A DNA stretch of 64,000 nucleotides from a bacterium. Its GTDB lineage: Bacteria > Zhuqueibacterota > Zhuqueibacteria > Zhuqueibacterales > Zhuqueibacteraceae. Both the position numbers and the translations under genes were made by a program. The notes under the pieces are model-generated. The model was not told the DNA's origin. It saw nothing but the letters and a program-made list of their open reading frames with translations, and searched no databases. Positions 37,458 to 45,098 of this stretch are shown here, piece by piece. Where the stretch lies: positions 17,456 through 81,455 of the forward strand of contig JBIOXB010000195.1 of NCBI GenBank assembly GCA_044869275.1, written 5' to 3'. Position 1 is the first letter of the stretch; each line of letters starts with the position of its first letter.

Positions 37458-38744
37458 ATGCTCAATTGTAAACATTTCGTAACAAATGCTGCCCGCGCAC
37501 TGGCTTTGGCAATGTTGCTGCTCGCGCCCTCCGCCTTCTCCCAAAAAAAACTCACGTGGACCACGAATTCAGCGGCAGCGAAAGAGAGCTTTGCGCAGGC
37601 CATCAGCGCTTTGGAGTCTTTTCAGTTTCAAGAGTTCACCAAGTTTGCGCAGAAAACCGTTGCCGCGGATTCCAATTTCGCCATGGCGCATATGCTGATG
37701 GCGGCTACCGCCGGCCCGCAGCAACGCCAAAAACACATCGACAAGTTTGCCGCGCTCGCACCCAGTGCTTCCAAGGGCGAGCAGCTTTATCTGCAAGGCA
37801 TGGTGCACTTTTACAAAAACGAAGATGACCAGGCTCTCGCCTCCTTCCAGCAGCTCAGCAAGATGCTGCCGGACGATCGCATGGTTTACATGATGCTCGG
37901 CAACGTGCAGCGGCGCAAGGGCAATTTCACCGAGGCCATCGCGGCGTTTGAGGCGGCCAATAAAATCGACCCCAGCCTGCCGCGGGCGTGGAGTTTTATC
38001 GGCGATTGCTATCTGCTGCAAGAGAAATACGACAAGGCCCGCGCCAATTACAAACAGGTTGTCAGCAAAGTCGATCCCGATGCCACGCCGTTTGGGCCGT
38101 TCTTCGGGCAGATCTGGGCCGATCTTTATGAAGGCAAACCGGATCCCGCCCTGAAAATCCTCGACGAATATATGGACCGCTATAACCGCAACGGTGCCGC
38201 CCAAGGCTTTCCGCCGGTGTGGATTTGGAACCATAAAGCCCGCATCAATTTGGAATTTGGCCGGACCGAGGAAGCGTTGCGCTGCTACGAGATCGGCTAC
38301 AAGTCCGTGCCGCCCACCTCCGCCACCCAGGTCGATAGCATTCAAAAGCTGGTCTGGCTAGGCCGCATGCATCACGGACGCGCCAGAACGCTCGCCAAAA
38401 TGGGCAAACATGAAGAAGCCTGGAAGATTGCCGAAGACGTCAAGAAGATGATCGAGGACGGCGGCAAAGAAGGCGAGCAGTATTGGCCGTCGTATCATTA
38501 TTTGGCCGGATATATCAAGCTCGAAAGCGGCGATTATAAAGCGGCCATCGAGCATATGAAGCAGAGTGATCTCACCGATCCATTTCATAAATTGCTGTTG
38601 GCGCGCGCGTATTTGAAGACCGGCGAGAAGGCTGAAGCCGTCAAGCTTTGCGAAGAAATCACCAAATTCACGACGAACAACATCGAGCGCGCACTTTCAT
38701 ATCCCGAGGCGAAAAAGATCATCGCCGCGAGCGCGTCCGATTGA
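37458..38744 (+). CDS. Exported tetratricopeptide-repeat protein
   Basis: SD ggagg, signal peptide ending AFS, multiple TPR-like helix pairs. Confidence 0.88.
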   Translation: MLNCKHFVTNAARALALAMLLLAPSAFSQKKLTWTTNSAAAKESFAQAISALESFQFQEFTKFAQKTVAADSNFAMAHMLMAATAGPQQRQKHIDKFAALAPSASKGEQLYLQGMVHFYKNEDDQALASFQQLSKMLPDDRMVYMMLGNVQRRKGNFTEAIAAFEAANKIDPSLPRAWSFIGDCYLLQEKYDKARANYKQVVSKVDPDATPFGPFFGQIWADLYEGKPDPALKILDEYMDRYNRNGAAQGFPPVWIWNHKARINLEFGRTEEALRCYEIGYKSVPPTSATQVDSIQKLVWLGRMHHGRARTLAKMGKHEEAWKIAEDVKKMIEDGGKEGEQYWPSYHYLAGYIKLESGDYKAAIEHMKQSDLTDPFHKLLLARAYLKTGEKAEAVKLCEEITKFTTNNIERALSYPEAKKIIAASASD

Positions 38745-38785
38745 ACACCGCGGGGCGCGGCATACTTGTGTGCGCAGGTGCTTGT

Positions 38786-38924
38786 GAGCCTATCCGAAAA
38801 CCCTAAAATGTCATCCCGCGGGGATCTTGGTTGACTCGGGCACAGCTCCGAGTTCAGGCCCGGGTGCCGAATTTACCAAGATTCCGCAACGGGGGGAAAC
38901 ATAATGAGGTCTTCGGATTGGCTC
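38786..38924. mobile_element. MITE-like element with 17-bp terminal inverted repeats
   Basis: gagcctatccgaaaacc ... ggtcttcggattggctc (15/17); internal hairpin atcttggt...gcac / gtgc...accaagat. Confidence 0.65.
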
Positions 38925-38941
38925 CAAGCATAATGGCCTAA

Positions 38942-39025
38942 CCCGGACAAGCCGGAAACGAAAAACTCCAAACACAAAGCCCAAAGGTGGTATTGAGTTT
39001 TGCGCTTTGGATTTTGGATTTCTTT
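38942..39025. repeat. Dispersed hairpin element, copy 2 (related to 11223-11318)
   Basis: cccggacaagccggaaac...aaacacaaagcccaaaggtggtattgagttttgcgctttggattttggatttcttt. Confidence 0.8.
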
Positions 39026-39317
39026 GCGCCATAAGCACAGATTTCACTTTTAATGGATTAACACCGTCCCAACCATACCTACACCCAAGGAGATTTTTGA
39101 TCAACTTCACCCGCGCCTTCCTCCTTCACGTTGCATGCCTCCTTATTCTCCCGTTCCAAATCGGTCCCGCATGAAGTTGCGCCTCCATTCCCCCCAATAT
39201 TTCGCTTGCACTTCTGCTATTTCAATGTTAGTGTATCTGGCAACCACCCTAGGCTAGGATGGCATGCTCATACATTTGCCAAAAGGAAGTGTCGAAGCAA
39301 ACCGGGGGTAACGCGTC

Positions 39318-40766
39318 ATGCCATCTTCAGAGATTTTATCGGCGCCGTGGAACCTTTGCCTGGGACGTTTGTTCTCCTTCTTCCTGTTGATTTTCCTGCC
39401 GAGCCGCAGCGCTGTCGGTCAAGCTCAGCGCCCGCCGTGGCCGCAGTTCTCGATCATACAATTACGGCTCGCGCCGATTCACGCCGCGGCCCGGCCCGCG
39501 AGCATGGGTGGCGCTTTCATCGGCGTTGCGGATGACGCCACTGCCGCGGCCATCAATCCCGCAGGGTTGAGTTTTTTATTGCGGCCGGAAATCAGCTTGA
39601 GCCAGGCCGGGGGATGGCATACGCGCGAGTTTGCCGTGGCCCCGGCTGCAGCATTTGACGAAACGCAGTCCGATACTGAATTCATTTTTGATCAAACGCT
39701 CGTCAATATCGTTTATCCACAGTGGGGATTCACCTTCGCGTTCTTCCGGCAGGTTGCCTCCCGTTCCGAATCCGATTTCTCACGCCAACAATTCCTGAAA
39801 ATCTCTCCTGGCCGCCGACTCAGCCTGAATGAGCAACTCGGCGCCTCGGGAAATTTTCCCGGCATTCAAGGGGAGTACACCGCGGAAGTGATTCATAATG
39901 CGTTCGTGATTGCCAAAGCCCTGCACCGGCGCTATCGCATTGGCCTGACGCTGCGCAACACCCAATTCAAGCTCCAGCTTCACGAGAAGCATTACTTCGA
40001 TCCGGCTGCTTGGCTGCAATCGGACTTCACCGGCACCGCCGCGGTCAGGCCGAATCGCATCGAGGGATTATACCGGCTGTATGAGCTAAGCGCCAAGGAG
40101 CTCAAACCCAGTTGGAGTCTCGGCCTGCTGGCAGAACTGCATCCGCACGTCACATTGGGTATCGCTTATCAGAATCTGCCGGCTTATGATCTCGAATCGC
40201 ACATTATTCTGCCTGCTTACAGCCTGCCGGACAGCACCCCCAACGACGCGCGCAACGATGAGATTCGGTTTGCGCCGCAAGAAGAAATCATACCATTCAC
40301 GCTCGATTTGCCGGACCACCTCGGCCTCGGCCTGGGCTGGAAGGTCAACAAAACATTGCTTTCCGCGGACGTGGTGCTTTACTTCACACGCACTCTGTTC
40401 CAGGGTTTGAACATGGATTTGCCGCAGGACAACATCCCTTTGAACAATGTCAAATACACCGACCCCGACGGGCGGAATGATCTCGAGACCCGCAACGTGC
40501 TGAGCTTCCACGCCGGTCTCGAACATACTTTCGTTGAGCGCAAAATCGTTCTGCCCATTCGCATGGGCTTTTACACCGAGCCCAGTTTCGCGCTGCGCCC
40601 TGTTTCGAGCGACAAGAATCTGCAGCAGGAATATCCCGAGGCCGCCACCTATCCGCACGTCACCGGAGGCTTTGGCATCATCTTCAAACAAGTGCGCTTC
40701 GAAGGCAGCGTCGACTTTTCCTCGACGTTGGTCGAAGCTATTGGCTCTGCCGTGGTGAGCTTTTGA
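39318..40766 (+). CDS. FadL/OmpP1-family outer-membrane beta-barrel
   Basis: ARPASMGGAFIGVADDATAAAINPAGL hatch motif, amphipathic beta strands, terminal Phe. Confidence 0.8.
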   Translation: MPSSEILSAPWNLCLGRLFSFFLLIFLPSRSAVGQAQRPPWPQFSIIQLRLAPIHAAARPASMGGAFIGVADDATAAAINPAGLSFLLRPEISLSQAGGWHTREFAVAPAAAFDETQSDTEFIFDQTLVNIVYPQWGFTFAFFRQVASRSESDFSRQQFLKISPGRRLSLNEQLGASGNFPGIQGEYTAEVIHNAFVIAKALHRRYRIGLTLRNTQFKLQLHEKHYFDPAAWLQSDFTGTAAVRPNRIEGLYRLYELSAKELKPSWSLGLLAELHPHVTLGIAYQNLPAYDLESHIILPAYSLPDSTPNDARNDEIRFAPQEEIIPFTLDLPDHLGLGLGWKVNKTLLSADVVLYFTRTLFQGLNMDLPQDNIPLNNVKYTDPDGRNDLETRNVLSFHAGLEHTFVERKIVLPIRMGFYTEPSFALRPVSSDKNLQQEYPEAATYPHVTGGFGIIFKQVRFEGSVDFSSTLVEAIGSAVVSF

Positions 40767-40767
40767 A

Positions 40768-43101
40768 ATGAATACGCTGGTGCACTCACTTTGTCATTTC
40801 TGCGAAAGCGGGAATCCATGGTTTTCCTGGATTCTCTGCACGACTGCTTTCACGGGCATGCCCTCAAAGAAATTTTTGGGGCACACAGCTGCGTACCCCA
40901 ATCAGGGCGGACTGCGCCAGCAGCTCCGCAAGATTTTGTTAGGCACGGTTATGGTATGTGCCCTGCTGCCGGACACTGCCGTATCGCAGTGGTATGTGCA
41001 TTATCAAGACGGACTGAAACAGCTCGACCAGGGCCAGTGGCGCGAGGCCGCACAATCGTTGCGCCAGGCCATCAATCAAAAACAAACGCCCGAGCTCAAC
41101 GCCAATACCTATGCCCTGGTCTATATCGACTATCTGCCCTACTATCATTTGGGCCGCGCCCTGTTCTTTCAGGGTGACTACGCCGGCGCTATTGAGAATT
41201 TCAATCGCTCTCTGGCTCATGGCGTGATCAAGCGCTCGCAGCATAACAAAGCTCTGTTACGGCTGCTCGAAATCGCGGAGGCTATGCAGGCGCAAAGCCA
41301 GCACAGCGGAACAAAAAGCGCCGTGCGAACCGAAGCGTGGATTGCCATGTTACGCTTAAGCCATGAACTTGGCCAAGGCCTTGCCAGAAATGAGAGCGAA
41401 ATTGATTCTGTGTTGGCGCAATCTCATTTGGACGATGAAACTCAAAAGCAGATTGTGCGCTGGTTCGGACAGCTTCTGCGGGCGGGGCCGGTTGCTCCAG
41501 CCAATTCGCGGGCGGCGTCTGCGCGACCAACCGGCCAGGCCGAGACCGCCGGCGATTCCGCGAGTATCCTGAAAAACGCAGCGATCACCGCCTATCTGCA
41601 AGGGCGTTATCGCGATGCGCTGCACCTTTTCGACCAGCTCGCGCAACGCGCGCCGGCTGAGCCCGCGCTGGCCGATTGGCAACAGCGCGTACGCTTCGAG
41701 CTTGCGCGCCTCGATCAACTCGCGGTTGAACCATTGGCGAAAACCGATACCGTGACCGTCGAGCGCTCGGCCGCGCCCATGATCAGCATTCTGGAACCCC
41801 GGCCGGAAGAAAGCCGTTTTCGCAATGAAAAACTGCGCCTTGCGGGCGTGGCAAATGACGACGTTGGCATTGCTGCGATTGAGGTGGTGGTCAATGGCGA
41901 GCCGCTGAAATTTGAGAACGACGCGGCACAATTGCATCCCGCGCGCCATGCGAATGGAACGTATCCCTTTGTGGTTGACATCCCCTTGCGCATGAACGAA
42001 AACCAGATCGCCGTGACCGCCCGCGATCTCGATCAGTCACCGCACAGCCGCACGGAACTGCGGCAGTTTTTCCGGCAACCGCCGCTGCATCACACGCCGG
42101 CTTTTTGGCTGGTGGCGGGTTCCGGGCTGCTGGTGGTGGCGGGCGCGGTCGTGGCCAATCGCCTCATCCGGTATCGCATCACGTTTGTGAACCGGTATAA
42201 TCCCTATATTGCCGGCGCGCCGATTCGCAATGAAGAGATGTTCTTTGGCCGGCAACTCTTGCTCGACCGCATTTTGCGCACGCTGCCGAACAATAGCATG
42301 ATGGTTTATGGCCCGCGACGCATCGGCAAGACTTCGGTGCAATACCAACTGCAACGCCTGTTGCGCGAGCGCCAAGACCCGGAATTCCATTTCGCGCCGG
42401 TTTTCATCGACTTGCAGGGAACACCCGAGGACCTTTTCTTTGCGCATATCATCGAGGAGGTGCGCGAACAGCTGGGCGAAGAAGTGGCGCAGGCCATTGC
42501 GGTGCCGGTGAACCGGCGGGCTTACGGCCCGCGCGAGCTGGCGAATGATCTGCGTACGGTCATCAACAAATTGCAGGAGCAACTGGCCAGGGACAACAGA
42601 GAGAACGGCAAAAAAGTGCGGCTGGTTTTCCTCATTGACGAGGTCGACGAGCTCAATCGTTACAGCGAACGCACCAATCAAAGGCTGCGCGCGATCTTCA
42701 TGAAAACTTTCAGCGAGAACCTGGTGGCGGTGATGACCGGCAGCAATCTCCGCAAGCAATGGGAAAGCGAATCCAGTCCGTGGTATAACTTCTTCGAGCA
42801 GGTGCCGATGCCGACGCTGACACGGGAAGAGGCCATGCAACTGATTCACGATCCGGTGAAGGGTTTTTTCAAGTTCGAAGCGACCGCGGCGGAAAAAATT
42901 TGGGAAGCTTCTCAAGGCAAACCATTTGTCATCCAAAAATTTTGCGTGCGCCTCGTCAATCTCGCCATTGAAAAACGGCGCCGCACCATCCTACCGGCCG
43001 ACGTCGAGTCCACGCGCAACGAAGTGTTGCAGGATACGAGCGGGCAGACGCAAGAGGTGGCGGTGAAGCTCGACATGCAATACTCGAATGACAAGACTTA
43101 A
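40768..43101 (+). CDS. TPR + Ig-like periplasmic region, single TM, cytoplasmic STAND-like P-loop ATPase
   Basis: TPR helices (YYHLGRALFFQGDYAGAIENF), Ig motif (L.GVA.DDVGI..IEVVVNG...ENQIAVTARD), TM AFWLVAGSGLLVVAGAVVA, NPYIAG.P...FFGR, Walker A GPRRIGKTS, Walker B VFLIDEVD. Start uncertain. Confidence 0.85.
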   Translation: MNTLVHSLCHFCESGNPWFSWILCTTAFTGMPSKKFLGHTAAYPNQGGLRQQLRKILLGTVMVCALLPDTAVSQWYVHYQDGLKQLDQGQWREAAQSLRQAINQKQTPELNANTYALVYIDYLPYYHLGRALFFQGDYAGAIENFNRSLAHGVIKRSQHNKALLRLLEIAEAMQAQSQHSGTKSAVRTEAWIAMLRLSHELGQGLARNESEIDSVLAQSHLDDETQKQIVRWFGQLLRAGPVAPANSRAASARPTGQAETAGDSASILKNAAITAYLQGRYRDALHLFDQLAQRAPAEPALADWQQRVRFELARLDQLAVEPLAKTDTVTVERSAAPMISILEPRPEESRFRNEKLRLAGVANDDVGIAAIEVVVNGEPLKFENDAAQLHPARHANGTYPFVVDIPLRMNENQIAVTARDLDQSPHSRTELRQFFRQPPLHHTPAFWLVAGSGLLVVAGAVVANRLIRYRITFVNRYNPYIAGAPIRNEEMFFGRQLLLDRILRTLPNNSMMVYGPRRIGKTSVQYQLQRLLRERQDPEFHFAPVFIDLQGTPEDLFFAHIIEEVREQLGEEVAQAIAVPVNRRAYGPRELANDLRTVINKLQEQLARDNRENGKKVRLVFLIDEVDELNRYSERTNQRLRAIFMKTFSENLVAVMTGSNLRKQWESESSPWYNFFEQVPMPTLTREEAMQLIHDPVKGFFKFEATAAEKIWEASQGKPFVIQKFCVRLVNLAIEKRRRTILPADVESTRNEVLQDTSGQTQEVAVKLDMQYSNDKT
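40793..40861. repeat. Degenerate GTCATTCCCGCG-type palindromic element at the 5' end of the ATPase ORF
   Basis: gtcatttctgcgaaagcgggaatcca...tggattct...ctgctttcacgggcatgc, read in frame as CHFCESGNP...WI...AFTGM. Confidence 0.65.
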
Positions 43102-43169
43102 CTTGGACGAGCGATAAGCAGGCAGGATGTTTTCGATTCACGAATTGCGCCTCACACTATTTGTGAGGC

Positions 43170-45071
43170 ATGAAACCTCAGGCGCAAGAGGGCACTATGA
43201 ATGCGTCGCCAGAACGCAATCCGTTTGTCATCGGACAATGGGTGCGCGGCGAAAAATTCTTCGGCCGGGAAGAGATTATTGCCGAGCTCTTACAAGGGCC
43301 ACGCCATGCCGTTTGGGTGGCCGCCTTGCGGCGTATGGGCAAAACTTCATTGCTGCGCGAAATGGAACAACGCATTCGGAACGATCCCCACGCAAATCTC
43401 TTGCCGCTGTACTGGGATCTCGAAGGCGCCACCAGCGATGAGACTCTGCGTGAAAGCTTGCTGGCGGCACTCGACGAAATCTCAGGCGTCTTCGCAGTCG
43501 AAACAGAATGGGAAGAACTTTCCACTCCGGAGGTGCTCCGAAAAATCCAAAAATCAGCGCGGCAAAGAGGCAAAACGCCCCTGCTGCTCTGCGACGAAGT
43601 GGAAGCGCTGTTGACGGTGGCAAAGAACGACCCGCATCTGATCGCGCGTTTGCGGCGCGTAATGCAAGGAGGCGAAAACGTGCGCTGCATCCTTACCGCC
43701 ACCCGGCGCCTGGCGCGCTTGGAAACATTTGATGCCGCCGAGACCTCGCCATTTTTGCACGGCTTCGTGCCTCCGCTTTATCTTTCGCCCATGCGCGAGG
43801 CAGAAGCGCAGCCGCTGCTCGAACGCGCGGGTTTTTCCCTGCCGGTGCAAAGAGCCTTGTACGAATTGACCGGCGGCCATCCGTTCCTGTTGCAGGTGCT
43901 GGCCAAGCGCAGCCTGGAACTCGGCGGCGTCGAAGCCGCGTTTGAAAATGTGAAGAACGATGAAACCCTGCAAAACTTCTTCGTCGTGGATTATAATCTG
44001 CTACAACCGTTCGAGCAAAGCCTGCTGCGCCGCTGCGCCACCGGCAAGGTTTCGACCGCGACGACCACCACGGACGAAGGCATGGCAAAGCAAACCTTGT
44101 TCGCACTCGGATTGATGGCCGAGCGCGACGGCATGATTTGTCCCCGCTCCCCTTTGATCAGTTATTGGCTTTCGACCCTCAAAGCCGAACCGGCGACGGG
44201 CTTCGTCACCACCGGCACCACAGGTTTTCATACCTTGCAACGCGGCGAGCGCATCGGCCCTTACGAGATTCTATACGAAATCGCGCGCGGCGGAATGGGC
44301 ATTGTCTATTGCGGGCGAGACGTTCACCTGCAGCGACTGGCAGCGATCAAACTTTTGAATCCGGAGCTGGTGCATGATGAAATCCATCGCACGCGCTTGC
44401 TGGCAGAGGCACGTGCGATTTCTCAATTGCATCATCCTCACATCGCCATCGTTTACTCGGTGGAATTCTTGGGGCAAGTGCCTTGCCTGTGCATGGAGTT
44501 TATCGAGGGACAACGGCTGGACGACTGGGCGCAACATCCACCCAAGAGCCTGAGACAGCGTTTTGAAGTGAGCCAGCAAATCACTTCGGCGCTGGCGGTT
44601 GCGCACGGCAGCGGCATCATCCACCGGGATCTGAAGCCGAGCAACATCATCGTGCGTCACGATGGCATCGGCAAACTTCTCGATTTCGGCATCTCCCGCC
44701 GACTCAGCGCGGTAACGCGCATCACCAGCACCGGACAGATTCCAGGCACACTCGCTTACATGTCTCCAGAGCAAGTCAAGAATCTCGATGTGGATGCCCA
44801 CAGCGACGTGTTCTCCTTCGGCGTCGTGCTGTATGAGTTGTTTACCGGGGTTCGCCCTTTTCTGGGCGACAATGAGCTGGCGCTGGCTTATGCCATCGCG
44901 AATGATGATCCCGCGCCGCCGTGCGGACGGCAGCCTGCTCTGCCCAAGCCGCTGGAGGCCGTCATCCTGCGGGCGCTGCAAAAGAATCCAGACGATCGCT
45001 TTGCAGAGGGCAACGCGATGTGGCAGGCGTTGCAGGAAGTTGCGGAATCATTGCCGCCGGAAGCGTCCTGA
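43170..45071 (+). CDS. STAND-like P-loop ATPase fused to a Hanks-type Ser/Thr protein kinase
   Basis: NPFVIG...FFGRE, ALRRMGKTS, LLCDEVE, TGGHPF; kinase motifs RGGMGIVY, AAIK, HRDLKPSN, DFG, GTLAYMSPE, SDVFSFG. Confidence 0.92.
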   Translation: MKPQAQEGTMNASPERNPFVIGQWVRGEKFFGREEIIAELLQGPRHAVWVAALRRMGKTSLLREMEQRIRNDPHANLLPLYWDLEGATSDETLRESLLAALDEISGVFAVETEWEELSTPEVLRKIQKSARQRGKTPLLLCDEVEALLTVAKNDPHLIARLRRVMQGGENVRCILTATRRLARLETFDAAETSPFLHGFVPPLYLSPMREAEAQPLLERAGFSLPVQRALYELTGGHPFLLQVLAKRSLELGGVEAAFENVKNDETLQNFFVVDYNLLQPFEQSLLRRCATGKVSTATTTTDEGMAKQTLFALGLMAERDGMICPRSPLISYWLSTLKAEPATGFVTTGTTGFHTLQRGERIGPYEILYEIARGGMGIVYCGRDVHLQRLAAIKLLNPELVHDEIHRTRLLAEARAISQLHHPHIAIVYSVEFLGQVPCLCMEFIEGQRLDDWAQHPPKSLRQRFEVSQQITSALAVAHGSGIIHRDLKPSNIIVRHDGIGKLLDFGISRRLSAVTRITSTGQIPGTLAYMSPEQVKNLDVDAHSDVFSFGVVLYELFTGVRPFLGDNELALAYAIANDDPAPPCGRQPALPKPLEAVILRALQKNPDDRFAEGNAMWQALQEVAESLPPEAS

Positions 45072-45098
45072 GCTCGAAGGCCGAAATTCGAAAAATGA

